Source: Sporopachydermia quercuum (Eukaryota). Taken from it: a stretch of 64,000 nt of DNA. Shown here in pieces: positions 21,874-32,776 of this stretch. The position numbers and the translations under genes are program-made. Position 1 is the stretch's first letter. Every line of letters starts with the position of its first letter. The stretch covers positions 810,138 to 874,137 of the forward strand of contig BCGN01000004.1 of NCBI GenBank assembly GCA_001599295.1, read 5' to 3'. The notes under the pieces are model-generated. The model did not search any database, was not told where the DNA came from, and saw only the letters and a program-made list of their open reading frames with translations.

Positions 21874-24237
21874 ATGACGGATACTCCAGTTGTTCCTGCA
21901 AGGCCCAAAACGAGGCCAAGTGGTTCAGGATCCGAGCAGTCTATCACTGTTGCGGCTTACTCTTCTTCTACTTCTTTGGAGATTGAGCAAGGTAATGAGA
22001 TACGAGACTCAACAATGTCATCAGCAGTGTCATCATCAATATCACCATCCCCTTCACCAGTGCCAACTATTCCAGAACGCCCTTCACAAAGACCTTCAAG
22101 ATCCAGGCATGATATTCCTGTTACACCTGCTCGTCCGTTAAGAAGAGTTACAACTGAGTCGTCTGATGGTTATTCTGCAATTGATGATCTTGTTGATGCA
22201 TATGGTGGTACCGGGGAAGAACAAGAAGAAAAAGAAGAAATAAGTGAAAAGGTTGATTGGACTGAAAATAAATCAGTAACTGAGGAAGACGTGGAGGAAC
22301 CGAGTGTTTTATCTGATGATAAACGAGGCTCTAATGATTCAGTTTCAAGATTTGAATCAGGAGAAGATCGTGATTTTGGCAAGCAAAGTAAAACGGTCGA
22401 AGCTGTGACTGGCAGTCAAGTTGATCAAGAAGCGTCAAATCAAGAAATCATTGGCAAAAACAATAGCTCACTGAGTGAACGATCTTTTGTTGAAAGGACT
22501 GTTGTCTTGGGTGACAAATTAGCTGAAGACAAAATTGAACAAGACTCCAAGGATAAAAAGATTGAAGAGGAGTCTAAAGAGGAGCCTAAAGAGCCTGAAG
22601 AGCCTGAAGAAGAGCCTGAAACTTCGGAAGAAGTATTAGAAGAAGACCTTAATGAGTCAAAGGTAGCTGTTGAACAAGAATTTATAGAAGTCCCTCATGA
22701 GACCAAATCAGATATTGGTTCTGCAACTGATGAGAAAACTGGGAGCTCACAAGATAGTCAACCCGAAAAGCCATTATCAAGTATTACTGCGAATGAATCT
22801 ACAACAATCCCTGACACTCATACATCTAAATCTCATGCAAGACCGTCGAAACCTAAAGTTCCAGCCAGACCTGTGAGACCTGCAAAACGACCTATTAAAT
22901 CAGCATCAACCAGCTCTGAATCAGTACCCACCTCGGAATCTACGATAACAAGTTCTAGCTCTTCATCGGAAACTACTCCTGTAACTGCGAAAGAATTCCC
23001 ATCTGATACTGACACTACGGAAACTCATGTTGGGAACTCAGCTCCAAAACCTCTCACCAAACCTAAACCTCATGTTCCAGTCAGACCACCAAAACCATCA
23101 AAAATTTCCTCGAAGATTTCAATGTTTCAGCAACAATTATTTCAAAACCAACAGAAGTTTGTCCAAACCTCTAAAATCAATACTGAGTCTACAGTTTCAT
23201 CTTCGAGTAAAATCTTGCCTGATACCGAGAGCGAACATACAACTCCTGGGTTTTTGCCAAACATGGGAAGACCGCTTCCAGGTATGACCATGCCATTTCC
23301 TATACCAGGTATGCCAATGCCTGCAGGAATGAAGTTTGGCTCTGAGGAAGCTACATCAAAAACATCCGATGTTCGAAAAGGTAGAGCAAGGGGGCCTAAA
23401 CGTAAGTTACCGAAAGACGCGACTAAAGTTGTCTCTAGATTTGAAGTGTCTGATGGTATTTCTTGGACTTTCGGTTATTTTAGTTATTTGAAGGAGAAGG
23501 AAAAGAAAGAGAGAGAAGGACGTGAAGAAGCTGAGAGGATTAGAGCTGAAAAAGAGAGGCGAGAAAGAGAAGAAATCGAAAGACTAGAAAACGAGGAAAA
23601 AGAGAGAGAAAGACAAGAAAGAGAACTGCTAGAGAAATGGAATGAGGAGAAAGAGAGAGAAGAAAGAGAACTGGTAGCGAAAGAATATGTTGATGTTAAA
23701 AAGAAGGAGACCGAAGTTAAGGTTGAGGGAGAGAAAGACGAGGAAAATCTGGAACCTTCTACTGCTACAGACAACACTTCGCGAGATAAATTAGAAGAAG
23801 ACCTACAAAATGATGACACTGCTAAAATTACTGGAAAAGAAACCAAGGACGTTTCTGTGGTTTCTTACGCTGAAGTAGAAGATCTTGTAACAAGTGATAA
23901 GGAGAACAATGATACTATTTCAGAAGAGGAAAAGAAAGTTGAATTGGACCTAGGTGATAAGTCGATTGAGACAAATAAGGAAGCTGAAGTTGAATCTGAC
24001 GTGGAACTCAAACCTTCAACTGAAGTGGAGGAAGAGCATGGAGCAAATAAAGAATACCAGCTAGCGGTAGAATCATCAGATGAACGTTCCGAGTGTCCTT
24101 CAGATGAAGAAACAAAGGCAGAGGTGGCTGACGATGTAAAGTTAAAGGACGTGGTTGAAAAAGAAGACTCTTCGGAAGATGATTCATCTAGTTCCATTTC
24201 AGACGAGAAGCAGGAACCAAGCACTGTTCAGAAATAA
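21874..24237 (+). CDS. AIM21: Aim21-like actin patch protein (Pro-rich, acidic, with a coiled coil)
   Basis: Repeated PxxPxRP SH3-ligand motifs and the DVRKGRARGPKRKLP motif typical of Aim21; otherwise low complexity. Confidence 0.6.
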   Translation: MTDTPVVPARPKTRPSGSGSEQSITVAAYSSSTSLEIEQGNEIRDSTMSSAVSSSISPSPSPVPTIPERPSQRPSRSRHDIPVTPARPLRRVTTESSDGYSAIDDLVDAYGGTGEEQEEKEEISEKVDWTENKSVTEEDVEEPSVLSDDKRGSNDSVSRFESGEDRDFGKQSKTVEAVTGSQVDQEASNQEIIGKNNSSLSERSFVERTVVLGDKLAEDKIEQDSKDKKIEEESKEEPKEPEEPEEEPETSEEVLEEDLNESKVAVEQEFIEVPHETKSDIGSATDEKTGSSQDSQPEKPLSSITANESTTIPDTHTSKSHARPSKPKVPARPVRPAKRPIKSASTSSESVPTSESTITSSSSSSETTPVTAKEFPSDTDTTETHVGNSAPKPLTKPKPHVPVRPPKPSKISSKISMFQQQLFQNQQKFVQTSKINTESTVSSSSKILPDTESEHTTPGFLPNMGRPLPGMTMPFPIPGMPMPAGMKFGSEEATSKTSDVRKGRARGPKRKLPKDATKVVSRFEVSDGISWTFGYFSYLKEKEKKEREGREEAERIRAEKERREREEIERLENEEKERERQERELLEKWNEEKEREERELVAKEYVDVKKKETEVKVEGEKDEENLEPSTATDNTSRDKLEEDLQNDDTAKITGKETKDVSVVSYAEVEDLVTSDKENNDTISEEEKKVELDLGDKSIETNKEAEVESDVELKPSTEVEEEHGANKEYQLAVESSDERSECPSDEETKAEVADDVKLKDVVEKEDSSEDDSSSSISDEKQEPSTVQK

Positions 24238-25481
24238 TTGACTTAACTACTGGTGAAAATAGTGATAAAGAATAGTTCTCCGTTATATTTCGAAGATACT
24301 AATGTGGCTCAATTTCTAAACTCCCTTTTGTTAGTTGTTTTCCAATGCATATAATTGATTAGGATACATTAATACTACCGAGCAATAACATATATTAACA
24401 CACATACTTTACCTAGGTTATATAAATATATATAAAATATGAAGAGACCTCTCGTCAAATTTAACATTAATGTATCTTCATCGCTTTAAACATGGTCCCT
24501 TGTATATTTCATGTACCTACTGCATTGAACCTCACCTAGCCTAGTTGGGTTTACATTTTACTCAACCTTAAACCTTAAGGAGAAAATTGGGCATTATTAT
24601 TTGCAATGGAATAGGTTGAACTGTCGACGATTATAGACTAAATTGTAAGTCAATGAATTTTATGAATGTTTAATGAATATAACTTCTCCAATTACAGCCC
24701 CAGACGTTCATCTTTTTTTTTTACAACCTATATATATTTTATTTCTCGTTATAGCATTATGAGCCAAGGAGTTCTTGATGAAACAATATATATATTCTGG
24801 ATTTCACACATGCATTACTGAATAAGCTCAAACTTTTTTATTCCTTCGAAACTTTCTCTATCTCTTGTTCTAATTTTATATTCCTCTTTGTGTACCAAAA
24901 GGGACCCAGGGCAAAAGCAAATGAGATTACGTTGTTTAACTACTTCCTTCTCTTCAAACTTGTTGCTTAATATTTCAATCACTATCACTATTTTACTTCT
25001 GACTACTTAGGATCTTGCCCATTGTCTTTTCTGAGTTTATTGTTATTTCCATTAGTACGTCATCTTGTTTGTGGTTCAAGGAATTAAAAAAGTATAAAGA
25101 GAAATTAATATGAACGTTAATCTATAAAGTTTACTATCGCTGCAAATTAACGTTTAACTTTACGTGCGAAACAAATCATTTTCATTTGCAAGAGAATTTC
25201 GATCAGAATTTGTTTTGAATCATTTGCTTCTTTCTTTCGCTTTCAGGTACTTTAGATATCCAGATAAACAGAAGACCAATATTTGATCTTTGAATGATAG
25301 ACTTCTGTTTATTTGCAAAGTATAAACTAAATGGATCCGGAATATTGAGTCATTTTTGTTTGATATTTTTTTTTGCTATTTGATTATTCTCCGTTTGACA
25401 CTTGAGTACTACTGTGCTGTTCGTTCGCTATAAATAAACGGAAGAAATAGAAAGTAGGCTGATAAAGAAAAGAACTGAAAC

Positions 25482-26876
25482 ATGTTGAAAGTAACGGTTC
25501 TGACATTGTTGCTTACAATCACTTCAGTGGTCCTGGCAGCTTTACCTCCTATCGAAGTTAAAGGAAACGCTTTCTTTGACTCGGAATCTGGAGAAAGATT
25601 TTATATTAGGGGTGTTGATTATCAACCGGGTGGAGCATCTAACTTCACTGATCCCTTATCTGATGTTGAAGGTTGCAAAAGAGATGTTCCTTATTTCAAA
25701 GAGCTTGGACTCAATACCATCAGAGTTTACTCAGTTGATAACGCAGCTGATCACTCAGAATGTATGCAATTACTTGATGAAGCAGGCATATATCTCATAC
25801 TCGATGTAAACACACCTGAAAATTCCATTAGTCGATATGAGCCAGCTTTATCGTACAATGCTGCTTACTTACAACATGTTTTTGCAACAATTGATGTATT
25901 TGCTAATTATACAAATACCCTTGGATTTTTCGCTGCCAACGAAGTTGTGAATAGTGAAAACACTACTTTCACCGCTCCATATATCAAAGCAGTTATTAGA
26001 GACATGAAAGAATATATTTCCAAACAGGTTTCCAGAACTATTCCTGTCGGTTATTCTGCTGCAGACGTTGCTTCTAACAGATACTTGATTGCTGAATATC
26101 TCAATTGCGGCGAAGAGAACTCAACTTTAGATATGCTTGGAATTAATGATTATTCTTGGTGCGGTCAATCTTCTTATATCAAATCAGGTTGGAATGAAAA
26201 AATTACTGCCTATTCTGGTTACAACAAACCAATCTTTTTATCTGAATATGGCTGTAATGAAGTACCAGATGATAGACCTTTCACAGAAGTCCAAGTTCTA
26301 TATTCTACATTGATGACAGGTGTATTTTCTGGCGGGTTAGTATATGAATATAGCGAAGAAGGTTCCAAGTATGGCTTGGTTTCTCTTGATGGCAATACTG
26401 TTTCTCCCAATAAAGATTTTGATAATCTTCAGAGCGAATTCGAGGATGTTAGTGATCCTTCTGGCGATGGTGGATACTCTTCAACTGGGACTTTATCCGA
26501 ATGTCCTACTTTTGAAGCAGATGTTTGGGATGTTGAAAATGATGATATACCTTCTTTGCCTGAAAGAGCTAAGGTTTACATGGTTAGCGGTGCTGGAGAA
26601 CCACTAGGCACCGATGGACCCTCCACTCAGTATGGTGACCCTGAAGATGATTCTGAAGATGAAGAAAGCTCAAGTTCAACTGAAGAAAGTACAACAGAGA
26701 CTTCTTCTACGTCCACTGCCGAACAAAGCTCTACTAGTTCAACTTCGACTGAAGCTGAGTCAACCAGTGAAGAAGATGCTGGCTTTGCACATGGGGAATT
26801 TAATCCTTATAATTCGAGCCCTTTAATTATGGGAATGCTCAGTACTATCTTTGGACTCATAGTAATGGTCATTTAA
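25482..26876 (+). CDS. GAS5: GH72 beta-1,3-glucanosyltransferase without Cys-box, GPI-anchored (Gas5/Pga4 type)
   Basis: Signal peptide, FYIRGVDYQPGG, NTIRVY, FFAANEV, LSEYGCN, SGGLVYEY, an S/T-rich tail and a hydrophobic C-terminus. Confidence 0.85.
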   Translation: MLKVTVLTLLLTITSVVLAALPPIEVKGNAFFDSESGERFYIRGVDYQPGGASNFTDPLSDVEGCKRDVPYFKELGLNTIRVYSVDNAADHSECMQLLDEAGIYLILDVNTPENSISRYEPALSYNAAYLQHVFATIDVFANYTNTLGFFAANEVVNSENTTFTAPYIKAVIRDMKEYISKQVSRTIPVGYSAADVASNRYLIAEYLNCGEENSTLDMLGINDYSWCGQSSYIKSGWNEKITAYSGYNKPIFLSEYGCNEVPDDRPFTEVQVLYSTLMTGVFSGGLVYEYSEEGSKYGLVSLDGNTVSPNKDFDNLQSEFEDVSDPSGDGGYSSTGTLSECPTFEADVWDVENDDIPSLPERAKVYMVSGAGEPLGTDGPSTQYGDPEDDSEDEESSSSTEESTTETSSTSTAEQSSTSSTSTEAESTSEEDAGFAHGEFNPYNSSPLIMGMLSTIFGLIVMVI

Positions 26877-27127
26877 TTTAATCACTTACATATGGAAACT
26901 GCAACGGTTTAGCATCCTAAAATGACCAATGCAAAAAATACCGTTTAGTGTGTTTATAATCATTGAAGTGAGAGCAAGTTATAAATAAACATTTATAGAT
27001 TATACACAATCGCTTCTCTATATCTGGCATTAAGCATCACATAGCCCTGAAAGCTTATAAATTAATGATATCGTCCAAAATTTATTCTTCAGCCAAATTA
27101 TAAATTACCCAAAAAATTTCCAAACAC

Positions 27128-27541
27128 TCACTCGATCTTATCCACAAGATCTATATCATCGGCATTGCAAATTGTTTTGAACGATTTAAATCCACCTTGT
27201 AGAATATAAACTTTCTGCTTTCCATTTGGAGGTTCTACTTTAGTATCATATTGAGCCTTCATTAATAAGTTGTCACGATATCTTAAATACCTTTCAGCAC
27301 TTTTAGGTCCTCTTTCTTGAGAATACATGCAATGAAATACAACAATGTCCCGATCCCTTACTTCATTGTATAGTTCTGATAGCAAAGCTTCAAATGAGCA
27401 GAAGGGGAAATGTAATGATCCGTGAATATGACCTCCACGATAATCGTAATCTCGAACATCAATTATTGCAAGATTCGGTTTCTTCAGAGGATCTTGAATC
27501 AAATGAACCAGATTGGTCGAACTTATAAATCCTGCGGGCAT
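27128..27541 (-). CDS. YCH1: Small Cdc25-like rhodanese-fold phosphatase/arsenate reductase (Ych1/Ibp1 family)
   Basis: IIDVRDYDYRGGHIHGS and active site FHCMYSQERGP (HCx5R), plus VYILQGGF. First ATG at 27541. Confidence 0.8.
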   Translation of the reverse strand: MPAGFISSTNLVHLIQDPLKKPNLAIIDVRDYDYRGGHIHGSLHFPFCSFEALLSELYNEVRDRDIVVFHCMYSQERGPKSAERYLRYRDNLLMKAQYDTKVEPPNGKQKVYILQGGFKSFKTICNADDIDLVDKIE

Positions 27542-28323
27542 CCTCCGCAACTGGGTCTTGATGGCAGGAACTATGATTGTAGAGAAAGTGATGCTATGAA
27601 TACAGTTTGATCGGGTCTTCAGATAAATTTAGGTGGATGCAATGAAAACCAACTCAAACTAAATCCCTTTTTACCAAATTATGTAAAGCGTTAATTAATT
27701 AATTAAAGTAAAGGAATGAAACAGCTTGACAATATCAATTTGCAATAGTTTATTACAGTATCAATTGCACTTTTGAAACATTAATTACTAACCGAAGAGG
27801 AACAAACAGAGTTTCATCTACACAAAGCATAACTTACTGCTTACATAATCATGTTTAAACAACAAGACATTCTTTAAAGAAAATGTATGGCATAGCATGT
27901 GATAAAGGATTACCTAATCATTGGCTAACCATGTACCTAAGAGGTTTGGGTGCATGTGTGCGTACAAATGTACTCAAATAACATGTTTCTCAAACGCGCA
28001 CATTTGAACTTTTTCACCAACACGAAACTGTGGCATCAAGAAAATAAGAAACAAACAATTGGCATCGAAATGATCTTACTTCTCAATCCTAATTTATGAA
28101 ACTACATTACTGAAAGACGCTCAAAACTGGAGTTTCACAAGAATCATATATGCTATACTGNCTGGATATATTTCAGAGCTAGAGAGTATTTTAAGTGGTG
28201 AAATTTATGGTAGTGGTTTGTCTCTTCGTTTGTTGAATCAGAGATCTACACTAGGATACCTAAGAAAGTATAGAATTGAATCAGTAATTTACATAAAGAA
28301 GGTATTGAAACTTGGGATCTACA

Positions 28324-28974
28324 ATGAAATTCTTTGGTTCATTCATAACTACTGTTTTGGCTTTAGTTTGCCTAGCGTCTTCAGTTCAAGGATTGAGATT
28401 TGACGTACCAGCATTGATTAAAGGTTCACCACCAGTGTGTATCCGTGATTTCGTGTCTAAAGGAACTTTGGTAGTAGTGAATCTCAAATCAAGTGGAGAA
28501 GTTGGTGATGGACAAGTGTTGAACTTTTATATTGTTGATAGTATTGGAAATGAATACAGAAAAAAGAAGGATTTCGCTGGTTCGGTCAGGGTAGCATTCA
28601 ATTCTCATGCCGATGCAGCTTTCGATATCTGCTTTGAGAATGTCTTAGAAAGCCGAGGAAGCAGAAAGTTATCCAGGGAGATTGAATTAGAGATCGAAAT
28701 TGGTGCCAATGCTAGGGATTGGAATGCTATCCAAGCTGCTGATAGATTAAAGCCAACTGAAAGAGAATTACGACGAATTGAAGAACTTGCCGATGAAGTC
28801 GTTAATGAGTTACAATATTTGAAAGCTCGAGAAGCTCGTTTGAGAAATACAAATGAAAGTACCAATAGAAGAGTTAGAAACTTCTCTATCGGAATAATCA
28901 TTGCCCTTGTTGGATTTGGTGTGTGGCAACTGTTTTATCTCAGAAATTACTTCAGGTCAAAGCATATCATTTAA
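28324..28974 (+). CDS. ERV25: p24 delta cargo receptor Erv25
   Basis: Signal peptide, GOLD domain, [12 protein letters not shown], a TM helix and C-terminal [11 protein letters not shown] at 28324. Confidence 0.92.
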   Translation: MKFFGSFITTVLALVCLASSVQGLRFDVPALIKGSPPVCIRDFVSKGTLVVVNLKSSGEVGDGQVLNFYIVDSIGNEYRKKKDFAGSVRVAFNSHADAAFDICFENVLESRGSRKLSREIELEIEIGANARDWNAIQAADRLKPTERELRRIEELADEVVNELQYLKAREARLRNTNESTNRRVRNFSIGIIIALVGFGVWQLFYLRNYFRSKHII

Positions 28975-29126
28975 TCATTGTACAACTATATGGACTAAAA
29001 ATATATCAAATTGCATAATACAAATTATGCCTTCACAGACATTCAGTTTAATAAGATGATTAATTTCATAATTTAATATAATATTATATATACATCCCCC
29101 GTTACTTTATAGCGTAGCCTAATTCA

Positions 29127-29750
29127 TTAAATATTATTGATCTTCTGCATCAACCCGATGAAATCTTGGATGTCAATAGAATCAATTTTGACAGTGTCAC
29201 TTTCACCCTCTAATAAAGGCTCTAAACCTTTTGCAACTCTCAACATATTTTGAACAATTGAAGAGTTTACATTCCCATCACTGCCGATAGCAAAATCACT
29301 TCTTGTATCTACTAGCCACTTAACAATTCTTTCTCGTTTAATCACTTCATTTTCTTTTACGCCAAACAATTCGAATAATTGTTTCGATTCTTCAAGTACA
29401 TTTGATTTCTCTTGTAAGTCCTTAAGCAATTTCACCAGTTTTTCGGTACTAATATCATTGTTATCCCTCCCCAGTAAAATCACATCTGTATCTTCAAATT
29501 CTTCTCTCAATGTTTCATCAAATGTAACATCACTTTGATCATACAAATCTGCAAGCGGTATAGCATTTTCAATTAAGTAATCAGCTATTATGTCACTCAT
29601 AGGCTGAACATCAATATTTACTTTCAATTCTTGTAGTATCTCAGTGATAAATGGTACCTGTATGAAATTGAGTCCCGCAACTGTTTCTGTACGTTTCAAT
29701 ACCAGATCCAATATTTGCTTCTGCACTTTCTGGCTTTTCCTTCTCGCCAT
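29127..29750 (-). CDS. RAD33: Rad33-like nucleotide excision repair factor (tentative)
   Basis: Weak resemblance to Rad33 (TDVI...EKLV, MLRVAKG...IQDF..LM.KI). It is convergent with ERV25, as RAD33 and ERV25 are in S. cerevisiae. Confidence 0.5.
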   Translation of the reverse strand: MARRKSQKVQKQILDLVLKRTETVAGLNFIQVPFITEILQELKVNIDVQPMSDIIADYLIENAIPLADLYDQSDVTFDETLREEFEDTDVILLGRDNNDISTEKLVKLLKDLQEKSNVLEESKQLFELFGVKENEVIKRERIVKWLVDTRSDFAIGSDGNVNSSIVQNMLRVAKGLEPLLEGESDTVKIDSIDIQDFIGLMQKINNI

Positions 29751-30466
29751 ATTAGATGTCGTGAATCGAACTTACTACATACAATTCATAGTATGTAGCA
29801 ATGTTGATCAACAGGCATAATTTCCTCGGACAAATTCTTTAACTCACANACTTTTTCGCAATCAAAAAGTCAACGGCAAGAGAATCTTAGTCTCAGTTTC
29901 GTCATTATAGTCCTGCTCCCGAAAAATAAAAGTAAAGTAGAATAAAGAAACTAAAAGATAGATTAATGAAATGAATGGTTTAACTGTATAATATCTATCA
30001 ATGAACTTATTAATGTATGAAGTAATCATTTATGGGTAGTCTAACATTATCTTAATCCCCTTACGTAATCGTTAAAAGGTAACTCTTTCTATAAAAAATG
30101 AATATATTATTATATCATCATTAAAAATGAGGTGTCATTTCATTGTCAAAATCTAGTTCATCGCTAATTAAGGAAACCAGTAAATAAAGGAAGATATTTC
30201 TTCNCGACATACCAGCATAATGTGCTATTGTCTTACTGTATATTTCCCTTCAAATTAAATAGTGGTTTCAAGTAAGAATGAAAGCAATTAAATTGTAGTT
30301 CTCTTAAAAATCTTTTTTTTTAGTGGATTACTATCAATATTTCAAATATTTTATACTACCTCCAATATTTCAAACCAGTTTTCTTGATGCATTGGTAGAA
30401 AAATCAAATCTATCATTTTCTAATACACCATTGGTCATATTGACTCGGTTGATCATTGACCCAAAC

Positions 30467-32260
30467 ATGTCAAGCCAGTTGAGTATAGGAACTAGGGTCC
30501 CTATAGCTCCAGGAACGCCTAAATTACGTGTTTCTATGAGTGTCGATAGTCCATCGACATCCAAGAAAAAGAAAGGCAATGAAGTGAAGGTGTTCCTACG
30601 GCTGAGACCTTTTGTTCAAAGAGAAATTCAGTCAGCTACACCATCATTGGTTTCAATGCCAAATGATCAAACAGTAATACTAAAAAACTCTGAATCAAAT
30701 AAACCAAGTAAGGAATTCATTTTTGATAAAACGCTTGATTCTTCACAACCAGAAAGTAGTAATTTTGCTAGTCAGGAAACTGTTTACAGCTTTGTTGGAA
30801 AAGAAGTGTTAGATCATGTTTTGCAGGGTTATAATACCTGTATACTAGCATATGGGCAAACAGGTTCCGGAAAATCTTATACAATGATGGGCTATGAAGA
30901 TAAAGATGGTAGCTCATCAAGTTCCAGTAATACCATAAAAGGGGATGACGGTCTAATTCCAAGAATCTGTCACAATTTGTTCCAGCTGTGTGAACAGTTA
31001 ATGAAAGACCAGAATGTGAATATTGCTGTAAACATTTCTTACTTTGAGATTTACAATGAACAAGTAATAGATCTCCTCAGCAGTTCTTCTGCATCAGGAT
31101 CAGGGAAACCTTTGAGAAAACTGAAAGTTAGAGAAAATCCTAAGAGTGGGCCATACGTTGAAGACTTATGTGAATTCTCTGTTACTAGTTATGATGACAT
31201 TTTCAAATATATGGAAGAAGGAACTAAAGCTAGAACAACTGCAAGTACTAAAATGAATGACTATTCTTCGAGAAGTCATGCAGTTTTTACTGTTACTATA
31301 AAACAAATTCTTGTTGACGAGCAAACTGGTCTAACCGAAGAGAAAGTATCACACTTAAGGTTAGTAGATTTAGCTGGGTCGGAAAGAGCAAATTCAACTG
31401 GTGCTTCAGGTAAAAGGCTACGTGAAGGTTCCAACATCAATAAATCGTTATCAACATTGGGAAGGGTGATATCTATTTTGGCTAACAATACTACATCAGA
31501 AGATAGAATGTCACCTTCACGTAAAGAAATCATTCCTTATCGCGACTCTACTTTAACATACATTCTAAAAGAAAGTTTAGGAGGTAATAGTAAAACTGCC
31601 ATAATTGCTTGTATATCACCATGTGATTATGAGGAGGGTCTTTCAACGTTACGTTACGCTAGTACTGCTAAAAAGATCAAAACTAAAGCTAAAGTTAACT
31701 TGGATTATGTCACTAATGAAGAAAGAGACCACCTAGTAAAATCTATGCAAAATCAAATAGATGCCCTACAATCAAGCTTAATGGAAATGGCACAAGCCTC
31801 ACAACAACTTTTAGAAGAAGAGAGCAATAAATCAAGTGAACAAACAATGAAGCAAAAAACACTTACTAAACAGCTAGAATCCGTCAGCAAAACCATGAGA
31901 TTCTATGAATATTGGGCTAATCAAGAAGAAACTAAGAGGAAACAATTAGCTATTGAAGCTGAAACTTTATCTCTGAAGAATAGATTATTATGCGAACAAC
32001 TGAGAATAATAACAACAACGAAAGTAGGTTTAGATGATCTAGAATACTCTGGTGAAAAAGCTTTGAGCTCAAGAGGTAGCGAAGGTAATAGTGATGGCAA
32101 TGATGTTGGGAGTGGTGATAGNAGAGATGTGAAAAAAGAAACGTCTGGGGACATTTTTGATCAATTAAAGCTTGAGCATGCAGCAATTAGTTCGGAGCTG
32201 AACGGTTCTGCATTGAGTTTCAGGGAAGAACTAATGAGTTTCAAACAACTGATAGTGTAG
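30467..32260 (+). CDS. Short fungal kinesin-3 (Nkin3/UncB-type) motor with coiled-coil tail
   Basis: AYGQTGSGKSYTMMG, LKVRENPKSGPYVEDL, SSRSHAVF, LVDLAGSERA..TGASGKRLREGSNINKSL and LKESLGGNSKT. No FHA or PH tail is apparent. First ATG at 30467. Confidence 0.85.
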   Translation: MSSQLSIGTRVPIAPGTPKLRVSMSVDSPSTSKKKKGNEVKVFLRLRPFVQREIQSATPSLVSMPNDQTVILKNSESNKPSKEFIFDKTLDSSQPESSNFASQETVYSFVGKEVLDHVLQGYNTCILAYGQTGSGKSYTMMGYEDKDGSSSSSSNTIKGDDGLIPRICHNLFQLCEQLMKDQNVNIAVNISYFEIYNEQVIDLLSSSSASGSGKPLRKLKVRENPKSGPYVEDLCEFSVTSYDDIFKYMEEGTKARTTASTKMNDYSSRSHAVFTVTIKQILVDEQTGLTEEKVSHLRLVDLAGSERANSTGASGKRLREGSNINKSLSTLGRVISILANNTTSEDRMSPSRKEIIPYRDSTLTYILKESLGGNSKTAIIACISPCDYEEGLSTLRYASTAKKIKTKAKVNLDYVTNEERDHLVKSMQNQIDALQSSLMEMAQASQQLLEEESNKSSEQTMKQKTLTKQLESVSKTMRFYEYWANQEETKRKQLAIEAETLSLKNRLLCEQLRIITTTKVGLDDLEYSGEKALSSRGSEGNSDGNDVGSGDXRDVKKETSGDIFDQLKLEHAAISSELNGSALSFREELMSFKQLIV

Positions 32261-32776
32261 ATGATCATATGAATCAACTGAAAGGAATTAGATGATAACA
32301 CAAGTGAATGATAATGATTTGGAAATAGGTAGGTAAACGGAACATTTATAGCATAAAAAAAATAAAGGATGAGCAGATTTAAAACAGATAACAAGACTAT
32401 GATTGATATGTATTTAACAAGTAGTACTCTAATCTAAAACTTGCTTACTCATTAAGAATCATCGACATAATTATTCGATTTCTTGATTTCACATGCACTA
32501 CACGTATACATTCTTAGATGCATAATTTGTACGCCTCCTAACTGAAGAAAATGTAAACCCACCAAAAATATTGTATTTTCCCTACAGTATCTTTTCATGG
32601 TTGAGAAAACTAGTAAATACAATATAGATAATTCAAAGTCAAATTGAAACAGGTACCAAAATATATACAGACAATTCTTCACATATTCAACCAGTATTAA
32701 TACAATAAAATTCAGCTAACAGTAAGCAGAGAAGGAGAACCTATTTTCCTTTCATAGTAATACAAACTTCATTTCA

